Assembly: GCF_009914755.1 (NCBI RefSeq)
Contig: NC_060947.1
DNA from: the human T2T-CHM13v2.0 reference genome, Homo sapiens
DNA length: 64,000 nucleotides
Reading direction: 5' to 3' (one strand)
Under the pieces are notes generated by a model. The model was not told the origin of the DNA. It made no database searches and was given only the letters and a program-made list of their open reading frames with translations. Positions 1 through 10,600 of this stretch are shown piece after piece. Position 1 is the first letter of the stretch. Each line of letters opens with the position of its first letter. The translations under genes and the position numbers were made by a program.

Positions 1-283
1 AGCAGAGGCCAGAGGACTGTTGGTCAGGGACGCCCCAGGTAGGGATTTGATGGAATCCCTGACTCTGACTGTCTCTCTTAGATGTCATCTGGGGCCACAG
101 AGCAGAGAGAGGGCTGAGCAGCGTCCAGCACCGCTTCCCCATCCGCCCTGGTGAGATCCTTTGCTCTCTACCGAGCCCAGGGCACCCCACGCCCTTGCGC
201 CAGACCACCAGGCTATTGCAATCCCAGGACCTCTTTGGCCAGAGGATAGCACCGAGGGGAGGAGCTGGAGAGGCCAATCATAC

Positions 284-326
284 CCAGGGCGCAGTCCCAT
301 CTTGCGTAGTGCCTCCCAGAGGACAG
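284..326 (-). CDS. MAGED4B: MAGE-D4 coding exon 8 (AVLWEALRKMGLRPG); gene continues beyond left edge
   Basis: Acceptor CGCAG|CT, donor GG|GTATG; 43 nt; WxxLxxMGL MHD motif. Confidence 0.9.
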
Positions 327-411
327 CTGCGAGGGGAGAGGAGGTACGAGAGTTTGGCACCCAGAAGATGAGACTATGGGCAGCCCCCCAGTTGCAGGTC
401 CAGCCACTCAC

Positions 412-491
412 CCTCGCTGGCACGGTTGCCATTCATGAAGATGACGCCCAGAATCACCAAGAGGAGACTCAGCCTGGGAGTGTCCTTGGTT
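412..491 (-). CDS. MAGED4B: MAGE-D4 coding exon 7 (TKDTPRLSLLLVILGVIFMNGNRASE)
   Basis: Acceptor TTTAG|A, donor G|GTGAG; 80 nt; LLxxILxxIFMxGNxAxE MHD motif. Confidence 0.93.
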
Positions 492-1112
492 CTAAAGGTG
501 TGGAAAGAGAAATCCTGTTTAGCAGCTATTTGCCTGAGAGACACCACCAGGCTCTCCCAACTAGCCTCTCTCAGGTTTCCCAGCTTGAGGGGAACTCTTC
601 CCAGGACAGGCACAGTTCACTAGCTGCTGACAGACCATTCGCACCTCCGCCTGAGACTTAATCGCCTCCTCTATAAAACATGGGTACTAACACTTCCCTG
701 ACAGGGTTCTGCAGAGGACAGGGCGAGGCAGGGAGCCGAAGCTCTGCAAATGGCAAACGTGTGCCCAGAGATGGCTCCAGACCTTTCCTGCCCCTTCCAC
801 ATCAGCACCTACACTGAAGAGGCAGCTCTCCCCTAGGCCAGCTCTGCCAGGCCCAGGCCAGGCAGGCAGGAGGAAGAGGCACTTTCCTCCGAAGCTTTGG
901 GGATAAAGCCCGGCAGCAGCTTGGGGAGAACTGATGGCAGCAAGGCCTCACCCCAGGCTATCATTCCTTTCATCCAGCAGTCACCAGGCAGCCCTCGCTG
1001 TGTGTGGGAGCCGTGCGCCGCACTCAAGCCCCGTCTTCCTGCTTCACTGAAGGGGTGTGGGCAGGGAAGGGACACCACCGAGGAAGGCCACGACCCGCTT
1101 TCCCTTTCTTAC

Positions 1113-1204
1113 TTTCCAAGGAGGCGAGCTGAGGAGTCCCGTGTGCAGACAAGAATATACAGGTGTTCTTCCTTGTCGATCTCCTTCAGGTGGATCCCAA
1201 ACTT
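1113..1204 (-). CDS. MAGED4B: MAGE-D4 coding exon 6 (KFGIHLKEIDKEEHLYILV...LLGK)
   Basis: Acceptor CGTAG|AAG, donor AA|GTAAG; 92 nt; FGxxLKEID...YIL MHD motif. Confidence 0.93.
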
Positions 1205-1592
1205 CTACGTGGGGGAGAAAACAGAGTGTGAGATCCAAACCCCATGCTGGGCATCCTGCCGGCAGACAGTGATTCCGGGTTAGAACTGCTCCTCAGCAAG
1301 GAATCCAAACTCGTGAGCGAGGGCAGAAGAAGACAGCACACGGAAGACCTTCGCTGTGGGAGCTGACGCTGGCAGAGGCGATGAGACCCACCTGGCCAGA
1401 CGGCGAGACACTCAGAGAGCATGAGAGAGAGAAGCCGAGGGCAGGAAGCACGAGTCAAACTGCCAGTGCAGTGGAAGCTCAGAGTCGGAGAGGTGAGAGA
1501 TGGCTCCAGAGACTGGGCCTTGAGGGGCTGCAGGGTCACCGCACCCCCATGCCCGCTCTTCCCCCACAGAGCTGCTCCCATCCTGCACCCAC

Positions 1593-1672
1593 CTTTTCCA
1601 GGGTGTACGTTGCTCGTTCAATGATCTCAGGGAAATGTTCATCATATTCTCTGATGACATCCTTCAGCATGT
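1593..1672 (-). CDS. MAGED4B: MAGE-D4 coding exon 5 (DMLKDVIREYDEHFPEIIERATYTLEK)
   Basis: Acceptor CTGCAG|AC, donor AAG|GTGGG; 80 nt restores phase 0; FPEI motif of the MHD. Confidence 0.93.
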
Positions 1673-1865
1673 CTGCAGGAGGGGGAAGAGTTGGAGAAAG
1701 CACCTGGGCTGAGCAGGGGTCATAGAGCTGTAGCCCCTTGGTCAGCTCTGCCGAGGGTGACGCAGCCAGGACCCCGTCCTGTGGCTATGGAGGGACCAGC
1801 CGTGGCACGCAAGCAAAGGGATGCCCACAGACTAGGGGATGGTGAAGGGGGCACAGGCTGCCTAC

Positions 1866-1929
1866 CTGCGCGCTTGATGGGGATCTTCTTGTAGTCCTTA
1901 ATCATCAGGTATTTCACCAACTTATTTGC
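1866..1929 (-). CDS. MAGED4B: MAGE-D4 coding exon 4 (ANKLVKYLMIKDYKKIPIKRA), MAGE homology domain
   Basis: Acceptor CTCCAG|GCA, donor G|GTAGG; 64 nt; MHD winged-helix A motif. Confidence 0.93.
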
Positions 1930-2032
1930 CTGGAGAAGGAGGAACATGCGGGGAGGTCAAGGCATGGGTGACAGCAGAGACGTGGCCCACAAGGGAGGAG
2001 AGGAAGGAGATGGGGGAGGGTGGGCTTCTTAC

Positions 2033-2236
2033 CCTCTCCTGCAGAAGGGTCACGTTGCGGGGGGGCAGGCACAGTACGTGCCTTGAGGGTATCTGGGACC
2101 TCGGGGCCATCGGGGGCCGAGGGGCCAACTGAGCCCGCACCGTCAATGAGGGCTGTGATGCTCTCCAGGTGGGTGGGACCGCGGGAGTCTCTCTCTCCTC
2201 CTCGCTGCTCTCATACTCATCATCCAGGTGCTTGGA
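2033..2236 (-). CDS. MAGED4B: MAGE-D4 coding exon 3 (SKHLDDEYE...TLLQER)
   Basis: Acceptor ATACAG|TCC, donor AGG|GTAAG; 204 nt; ends at the start of the MAGE homology domain. Confidence 0.92.
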
Positions 2237-2483
2237 CTGTATCATTTGAGAGAGGAGAGACCCAGGGCTACCAGGCTCCCCGTGCCAAAGCACCCGGCAC
2301 GCACCTCACCCGTAGCAGGCTCTTGGAAATGAGAGCAGTACCAGCAGCGGCTGGCATGTGCTGCGTGCTTACTAAGTGCCAGGCACTGAGCCAGCCTCTT
2401 CTCCCACCAGTCCTGAGGGTAGGGACTACGTGGAGTGAAAACATGCTCAGCAAACTTGTGTTGGAGAAACATGGACTAGCTGA

Positions 2484-2612
2484 GAGGAGAGGAGGGGAGG
2501 AGAGGGGAGGTGAGGAGAGAAGGAGGGGAAAGAGGAGAAGAGAGGAAGAAGGGGGAGAGGAGAGGGAGGAGAGGAGCAGGAAAGGGAGGAGAAGGAAAGG
2601 ACAGGAGCAAGG
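2484..2612 (+). repeat. GA-rich low-complexity polypurine tract (intronic)
   Basis: ~130 nt almost entirely G/A (GGAGA-like units). Confidence 0.85.
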
Positions 2613-2647
2613 GGGTGTGGAGGTGGCAGGGGGCAGGGGGATCTCAC

Positions 2648-3481
2648 CTTCTTGGTCCTCTTGCCTCCCATCCTGGCCCAGGGCTCAGCACTGTGCTGAG
2701 CAGTGGCAGCAGCTGCACCCTCCGGCTCAGGGATGCTCGTGGCCATCTTGGCCTTGGCAGCAGCTGCTGCCACAACATTCTGAGGCTCCACCCACCGAGT
2801 CTTGGCCAGCGCCTTCCCCGACTTGGTGGTCTTGGGCCGGGTGGCTGCCACCTCCCTGCCAGGTCCCGTCTGGGGCACACCAGAGGCAGCACTGGGGCCC
2901 TCTGTGGCAGCCTCTTGGGCTGGGGCAGGTCTCTTGGGGCGCGGGAAGGCCATGCCACTGACACCTGCCGGCTGAGTGAAATCGAAGACATCATTCTGGC
3001 CCAGGAAGGCTGTGCTGGGCCGGTTGGCGTCCACCTCCCTGGCACACGGAGCCTGAGAGAAAGCACAGGCGCTACTAGGGCCCTCAGTAGCAGCCTCCTG
3101 GGCCGGGGAGCCTGTCTGGGACTGTGCGGAGGTTGCCGGAGCCTCGGGGGCAGCCATCTTACTGGTGACTAACATCTGGGAGGTCTGCGGAGAAGCAAGG
3201 GGTGGCTCAGGGGTGGGCCCCTGAGCCTCGGCGGCGTAGGTCGTGGGCTGGGTATCCTCTCCTGAGACCTGCGGCGTGGCCACCCGGTGGCTAGCGACCA
3301 CCTGACTGAAGGCGGTACGGGCAGCGGCGGCAGCGGCCCGAGCCGCACGGTTGGAGGCGGCGGCGCGGGCTACGTTGGCAGCACGGGCGGCCGTCTCATT
3401 GGCAAGTGTTTCCGGATCCAGCTGCAATGCCTCCACCAGGGTCTGGGCCAGCACAGGGTTTTCCAGTTCCCAGGGCTCATT
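2648..3481 (-). CDS. MAGED4B: MAGE-D4 coding exon 2 (NEPWELENP...GGKRTKK), Ala/Pro-rich
   Basis: Acceptor TTGCAG|AAT, donor AAG|GTGAG; 834 nt, phase 0; contained in ORF 2447..3697(-). Confidence 0.93.
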
Positions 3482-3745
3482 CTGCAAGGCCAGAGAGAGG
3501 GGTTGGGGAAGGCAGGCCACTCGACGACATACTTGTGTTAGCTTCCCTGTGCTGGCCAGCCTCTTCCCAGCAGTCAGCCCTGAACACCCCAAGACCTTCC
3601 CAAATCTTCTTCTTCCGAGCAGGGGAGGGAAGGCTTGGGAAGCTGGGCAGTCCTTTCCCACACAACCCTCCTGGCTCCCCCCTCCTCCCTCCCCCATTCA
3701 CAGGGGAAAGGCCCAGGCCAGCAGGTGTCCAGGAAGGGGCCTCAC

Positions 3746-3955
3746 CGATAAGATGCGAAGGCCTGGACCCAAGCTTCCGAAGGCTCTGAGGATATGGATG
3801 TCAAAGCTGGTGAGGGTGCCATAGCCACCAAACGCACCGAATTCTTCATAGTCGTTGCCTTCAACCATCTCTTCCTCCCCGACTTCGTCGCTACCCTCAT
3901 CCATGTCTTCAACACTGTAGCTTTCCGATTGCACGCTGAAGCTTCCCTCAGCCAT
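3746..3955 (-). CDS. MAGED4B: MAGE-D4 coding exon 1 (MAEGSFSVQSES...GLRILS)
   Basis: ATG at 3955 (GCAGCATGG); 210 nt; donor TCG|GTGAG. Recognised MAGED4/MAGED4B N-terminus. Likely acceptor CTCTCAG| at 3987/3986. MAGED4 vs MAGED4B cannot be told apart from sequence; 4B is chosen because it is the minus-strand copy in the reference as I recall it. Confidence 0.93.
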
Positions 3956-4449
3956 GCTGCGGGTCCCAGGGAGATGAGAGCTCAGCCTGAGAGGGAGGGT
4001 GAAGCAGCTGCAGGGGGAGGGGGCGGGATCCAATGGGAGGCGGGATCTCCCGGGAGGTGAGGGGCGACAATCATCAGGTTACTAGGCAATATTAGGCAGT
4101 AGGGGGCGGGGGGGGGGGAGGAGGAGCGGGGGGGAGACGGTTTGGCTTTCTGATGGGGTAGACCTGGTCAGGGACAGAGCCCAAGGAAAGGGACAGAGGA
4201 GGTCGCAGGAGGCGCCGCACTGAAAGCGGAGTTTAGGATGGGCAGGCTCGCCATCCCAGCGGCTAGATTTGACGAGGGGGTGTTCTGGAGGGCTGGGGTC
4301 CGAAGAGTCCCAAAGGGAATGCATTGGGGAAGAGAGAAACAAAGGGTTTGGATTTACGGGCCAGAGAAGGGGACCGGGATGAAGGGGGAGCAGATGGGAG
4401 AGCTCAGACAACAGGGACAGTGGCAAGCCGCAAGCTCTGCGAAACAGAA

Positions 4450-5240
4450 CCCCAGGGACCTTTGGCTAGGTCCGGGCGGGGGGCCTAGGTGGGGCTCAGA
4501 CTCGAGCACTAGAGGCGGATGGAGTGGGGGCCTCAGACCTAGGTGAGGCTCCAATCGGAGCGCTGCAGATCTCAAACGCGAGGACTGGGCACTCCAGGAA
4601 GGGGGCAAGCGGTCAGCTCGGTTCGAGTAATCTAGGAGTGGTTGGGGTGGGGGTGGGGCCTCAGGTCCAAGGGAGCTCAGCTCGGAGCACACGGGTCTGC
4701 TAAAGGGGTGAGGATCCTGGGCTCCGGTTTCAGTAGGGCTCAGATCGGGGCGCCTGGGTCTGATGGTGATGGGGGCTCCTATCTAGACCTTGGGTCTAAT
4801 GGGGTTCCGGTTCTGAGTGCTTGGGCTTTGTTCAGATCCGGAGGCGGAGGGAGGGCGCAGCGTGTCGGGTTCCACTCGCCCTCTCCCGGTCCTGTCTGGG
4901 GCTGGATCCTTACCTTCTCGGGAACTCCAATGGCGTCCGTCCTCAGCACCAGGAACCCCGCAGCCGCGCCCTCGCCTACTGCTGCCAGCACAGCAGCCCG
5001 GACCACCCCGCCCCTTTTCTCCGTGCACCCCCCGCGGCTGGGTAGCCTGCGCATGCGCGGACCCCTCCAGCCCGCCCGCTTTCCCAACAAAAGCCCTTTC
5101 CTCCAGGTCTCCAGTGCGCATGCGATTCCGCGGGTGGGTGGGCGGTGGGGTCGAAGGTAGGGTGCGGGGGGCTCTTCCCGCCAGATCCACTTCACCTCTC
5201 CTCCTCCTCCTACCGCGGGCGCGCACACTCATACCCAGCA
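4450..5240. promoter_or_regulatory. CpG-island promoter of MAGE-D4 gene
   Basis: High GC and dense CpG. NRF1-type GCGCATGCG palindromes at 5048-5058 and 5115-5124, GC boxes, no TATA. Lies upstream (minus-strand sense) of the ATG exon; boundaries approximate. Confidence 0.75.
4914..5040 (-). other. MAGED4B: Probable non-coding first exon of MAGE-D4 (TSS position approximate)
   Basis: Strong donor AAG|GTAAGG on the minus strand at 4914/4913 inside the CpG island, just downstream of the NRF1-type motifs. Confidence 0.6.
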
Positions 5241-5599
5241 GTGCAGCTCGACCCACCCAATCATCTCTTCTCAGTCCCCCCACTTTTGCACAATGCTTCT
5301 CTGTCCTGCCCTGCCCTTTCACCCAAACTCCTCCAGCCTGGTCTGGGATACACTATGCCCCGTTTCCCCGGCAAGACCCCTTAGGTCACAATTAGTGAGG
5401 TCTCACAATTAATAAGCTGGGTCTCTAACTGCAACAAGTGGAAATCCTCAACCTGCGGGGCTACGAAATGGACATGGCCAGAGGATGGCACTTCGCTTTG
5501 TGTGCTTCTCCACTAGCCAACTCTCTGGCCCCCAGACATACTGGGAACATCTGCTTCCTCAGCTACCCTTTATGCAGCTTGTATGTCACAGAGGGATCT

Positions 5600-5770
5600 G
5601 TGCTGGGGCTTTTCTTCCTCTCACAGCAGCGCTGGGAAGTGGATGTCAGCATCCCCATTTGGCGTGTCAGGAAGCTGAGGCACAGACACATTGCATGAAC
5701 TAGACCACAGAGCCAGGAAACAGAAAATGCAAAATTTGAACCTGGGTCTTCCGGACTCCAAAGTCCACCT
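5600..5770 (-). mobile_element. MIR SINE fragment
   Basis: ATCCCCATTT...GAAGCTGAGGCACAGA and TTTGAACCTGGG...GACTCCAAAG resemble the reverse MIR core. Confidence 0.65.
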
Positions 5771-6101
5771 CCTGCTCCTGCTGGCCTGGGGACAGAGGCA
5801 CCGCCTCCTCCGTCTGAGTGACAGGCCTCCCCCACCCCAACATCTGTCCCAAAGAAGCAAGGTTTGTGCTGTAGAAGGCCTAAGTTCATGCTCCGCATTC
5901 AGGACACAGGGAGACAGAGCCTCCCCCCGCCTCGCCCCCAGCCTCTGCGGCTCTATGTGGGTCCATCCAGGTATGAGAATTGCTCCACCGGGTCCACTCT
6001 CTACTCAGATTGTCAGGCCTCTTCCTTATCAGCGATACAATCACGCTGCCGCTGAGACCCTCCTGGTGTCCGCCAGGACAATTAGACACCTGTGTGTCTG
6101 A

Positions 6102-6800
6102 GCTAATTACTCCACAATCTACAAGCCCAGTTCAAACTTCACTTTTGAGGTCCAAGTGCATAGTACATTCACCTGCCTACGTGACATCTCCACTTGGATG
6201 TCTTTTGAGGCAGAAAATGCTGTGGTCTCATCTGCAGTCGAACCTGGACTGTTTGTAAAATTCGTAGTAGATTTTTATATTTGTTTTTATGTCAGCCTCA
6301 CCAGGACCCCTGTGTATGAATGGAAGGTATTGCTAGGACAGCAGCTTTTACTCTCCGCTGACCAGTATCCATTCTGCCTGGCTCTGTGGTTTTCTCCAGC
6401 TGTTATATATCAATCTCTCCTGTCAGCTGCTTGTGCCTCTTTAGCCCTTCCCCTGTAACATATCCTCTGCGGGAGAGGAACACACCCTACAAACGAAAGC
6501 CTTCAGAAAGTGCTACGTGCTAATCACTCCAAAAAATCTACAACCCCAGTCTGAACTTCACTTTTGAGGTCCAAGTACATACATTCACCCACCTACGTGG
6601 CATCTCCACTTGGAAGTCTCAAGGGCTCTTCATGGTTTGCCTGTCCAAAACTGGTCACTTGGTATACTCACTCCTCCCATACACTCACACATCCCCATCG
6701 CTCCTGTTCCCCCCCCCCCCAACCCATCTTCACAGTCTCAGTAAATGGCGCCATTATCCACACAACCACTCACTCCAGAAACTGGGAGTCATCGATCACC
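6102..6800 (+). mobile_element. L2 LINE fragments (with ~100-bp segment present twice)
   Basis: GACATCTCCACTTGGATGTCT, CTCAGTAAATGGC and AAACTGGGAGTCATC motifs typical of L2. Confidence 0.55.
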
Positions 6801-6819
6801 ACTCCCCGTTTCTGATACG

Positions 6820-7200
6820 CTGCATCCAGAAGGGCAAGCTCTGAAGGGTCTCCAGAGCTGCCTCTCTGTGCAGCTGTCTTCTCTCCATTACTCCCGGCAA
6901 ATTCTGGTCCTATGGACCTCTTGAGCTCTCAACTCTGTCTCCTTCACTCAGACGGTCCACCGGGCTCTGTTGTGTTCAGCTCCCCTGTGCTGCAGCCTGC
7001 AAACTCTATCCGGGCAAGAAGTTGGTGGAATTGGGCGATCAGAGGGCTCACCTGGTCAGGTTCCCTTTCTCTCAGGGATCACTGTCCCGTATGCAGGTGG
7101 TGCCATGACGTTAAGCCTTATAATTTTTTTGGTTTATAGGTATTTAGGCGAGACGGTAAGTCCGGTTCCTGTTAATCCATCATGGCTGGAAATACAAGTA
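6820..7200 (-). mobile_element. Ancient L1M 5'-end fragment
   Basis: GGGCTCACCT...TTCCCTTTCTCTCAGGGATCACTGTCC...CCTGTTAATCCATCATGGCTGGAA resembles reverse L1ME/MC 5' ends. Confidence 0.4.
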
Positions 7201-7621
7201 TCCACCGGATTTCTTAATTTTCTTTTCACTGAGCCCTGTGCTTTCAGGAGGCCTCCACGTTGCCACGCATAATCTAAAGTATGTCCAAGGTGCTATGCAC
7301 AGAGAATCCATGGTGTGCATTCCTGACATTTTACCTATCTGCTCGCCCAGAGATTTACCCTTTCTCCTAAGTAACTAGAAAATCAGAAGAAAACCATAAG
7401 AAACATTTAGATGTCCAAAGAGAAGAATGACAGCACATTTCTCATTAGCAATATGCAAGTCAGAAGTCATGTGGCACACCATCTTTAAAATCGTGAAATA
7501 AAAATAAATGTCAACTCTTAAGTCTATACTCAATGAATATCTTTTCAAATGAAGTTAAAATAGTAGGTGTTTAGACATACAGAAGTTGAAAGAATTGATC
7601 ATCAATAGACTTGCACTGTAA

Positions 7622-10600
7622 TATTTTTTAAAACTTTTATGTTTGGGGGTACATGTGAAGGTTTGTTACATAGATAAACACGTGTCACGGGGGTTCGTTG
7701 CACACATGACTACATCACCCAGGTATTGAACTCACTATCCAAGAGTTATCTCTTTTCTGCTCCTCTCCGTCATCCCACCCTCCCCCTTAAGGAGACCCCA
7801 GTGTCTGTTGTTTCCTTCTTTGTGTTCATAAGTTCTTATCATTTAGCTCCCAATTCTAAGTGAGAACATGTGGGATTTGCTTTTCTGTTCCTGCGTTAGT
7901 TTGCTGAGCTTATAGCCTCCAGCTCCATGCCTGTTCCCACAAAAGACACGGCCTTGTTCTTCTTTATGGCTGCATAATATTCCATGGTGTATATGCACCA
8001 CATTTTCCGTATCCAGTCTGTCATTGATGGGCATTTATGTTGATTCCACGTTTTTGCTCTTGTGAACAGTGCTGCAGTGAATAGTCCAGGTGCATGTGTC
8101 TTTATGGTAGAATGCTTTATATTCCTCTGGCTCTATACCCAGTAATGGGATTGCTGGGTCAAATGGTAGTTCTGCTTTTAGCTCTTTGAGGAATTGCGAT
8201 ACTGCTTTCCACAATGGTTGAGCTAATGTACACTCCCGCCAACCGTGTATATGGGTTTCCTTTTCTTGGCAACCTCGCCAGCATCTGCTATTTTTTGTTT
8301 TTAGTAACAGCCATTCTGACTGTTATGGGATGGTATCTCATTGTGGTTTTGATTTGCATTTCTCTAATGATCAGTGATATTGAGCTGTTTTTCATATACT
8401 TCTTGGCTACATGTATGTCTTCTTTTGAGAAGTGTCTGTTCATGTCATTTGCCCCCTTATTAATGGGGTTGTTTGTTTTTCTCTTGTGCATTTGTTTAGG
8501 CTTTTTATAGATGCTGGATATCAGACCTCTGTTAGATGAATAGTGTTGCAAAAATTTTCTCCCACTTTGTAGGTTGTCTGTTTACTCTGTTGATAGTTTC
8601 TTTTGCTGTGCAGAAGCTCTAAGTTTAATTAGATCCCATGTGTCAATTTTTACTCTTGCTGTGATTGCTTTTGGTGCCTCTGTCGTGAGATCTTTGCCTG
8701 CTCCTATGTCCAGGATGGTATTGCCTAGGTTGTCTTCCAGGGTTTTTATGGTGTTGGGTTTTACATTAAAGCCTTTAATCCATCTCATGTGGATTTTTGT
8801 AGATAGTGTAAGGAAGGGGTCCAGCTTCAATCCTCTGCATACGGCTAGCCAGTTATCACAGCACCATTGATAGAATATGGAGTCTTTTTCCCACCGCTTG
8901 TTTTTGTCAGCTTTGTCAAAAAAAAAAAAAGAAAAAAGCTGGTTGTAGATGTGCGACATTATTTATGGCCTCTCTATTCTGTTCCATTGGTCTATGTGCC
9001 TGTTTTTGTGCCAGTACCAGTACCATGCTGTTTTGGTCATTGTAGCCTTGCAGTATAGTTCTTTTAGCTTACGATTGCCTTGGCTATCCGGGCTCCTTTT
9101 CTGGTTCCATGTACATTTTTAAATAATTGTTTCTAGCTCTGTGAAGAATGTCCTTGGTAGTTCGATGGGAATAGCATTGAATCTATAAATTGCTTTAGGC
9201 AGTGTAGCCACTTTAATGATATTGGTTCTTCCTATCCATGAGCATGGGATGTTTTTCCATATGTTCATGTCTGCTCTGATTTCTTTGAGCAGTGTTTTGT
9301 AATTCTCATTGTGGAGATCTTTCACCTTCCTGGTTAGCTGTATTCCTAGGTGTTTTATTTTTGTGTGTGTGGCAATTGGGAATGGGATTGCCTTTCTGAT
9401 TTGGCTCTCAGTTTGGTTGGTGGTGGTGTATAGGAATGCTAGTGATCTTTGTACATTGATTGTGTATCCTACAACTTCGCTCAAGTCGTTTATCAGCTGA
9501 AGGAGCTTTTTGGCCAAGACTATGGGGTTTTCTAGATATAGAATCATGTCATCTGCAAACAGAGGTGGTTTGGCTTCCTTTCTTCCTATTTGGATACACT
9601 TTATTTATTTCTCTTGCCTGGTCGCCCTGACCAGGTCTTCCAGTACAATGTTGAGTAGGAGTAATGAGAGAGGGCAACCTTGTCTTGTGCCGGTTTACAA
9701 GGAGAATGCGTCCAGCTTTTGCCCATTCAGTATGATATTGGCGTGGGTTTGTCACAGATGGATTTTCATTATTTTGAGGTATGTTCCTTCAATATTGAGT
9801 TTATCGAGAGTTTTTACCATGAAGAGATGTTAACTTTTATCAAAAGCCTTTTCTGCATCTATTGAGATCACCATACGTTTTTTGTCTTTAGATCTGTGTA
9901 TATGATGAATCACATTTATTGATTTCCGTATGTTGAACCAAACTTGCATCCCGGGGATGGAGCCTACTTGATCGTGGTGGATTAGCTTTTTGATGTGCAG
10001 CTAGGTTCGGATTGCCAGTATTTTGTTGAGGATTTTCGCATCGATGTTCATCAAGGATATTGGCCTGAAGTTTTCTTTTGTTGTGTGTGTGTCTCTGCCA
10101 GATTTTGGTATCAAAATGATGCTGGCCTCATAGAATGAGTTGGGGAGAAGTCCCTCCTCCTCAGTTTTTTTTTTTTTTTTTTTTTGGAATAGTTTCTGTA
10201 GGAATAGCACCAGCTCTTCTTTGTACATCTGGTAGAATTAGCTGTGAATTCCTCGGGTCCTTTTTTCTTGTTGTTGTTGTAGTTGTTTTGTTGTTGTTCT
10301 TGTTGTTAGGCTATTTATTACTGAATCAATTTCAGAGCTCATTATTGGTGTGTTCAGGAACCAATTTCTTCCTGGCTCCATCTTGGGAGGGTGTATTTGA
10401 TTGATTTGGGAGGAATTTATTGATTTCTTGTAGGTTTTCTAGTTTGTGTCTATACAGGTGTTCATAACAGTCTCTGGGGTTTTTCGGTACTTCTCTGGGG
10501 TTGGTGGTAATGTCCACTGTGTCATTTCTGAGTGTGTTTATTAGGATCTTCTCTCTTTTTTTTAAAAATTAGTCTAGATAGGGGTTTATCAGTCTTATTT

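Noticed and set aside
1-283. Intronic snoRNA SNORA11D/E, known to be hosted by MAGED4 genes
   Set aside because: I could not recognise the H/ACA sequence in any intron here; it probably lies in a downstream intron outside the window.
2020-3172. Long plus-strand ORFs (313 aa, 220 aa)
   Set aside because: Antisense shadows of GC-rich exons and the GA tract; no recognisable domain.
2447-3697. 416-aa ORF as a single-exon gene
   Set aside because: It is coding exon 2 plus in-frame intron on both sides; canonical splice sites at 3481 and 2648 delimit the real exon.
3956-4033. In-frame N-terminal extension (MDPAPSP...)
   Set aside because: Start codon is TTG and lies upstream of the likely splice acceptor at 3987.
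4642-5395. Several 150-190 aa ORFs in the promoter
   Set aside because: Expected stop-codon scarcity in a CpG island; low-complexity translations.
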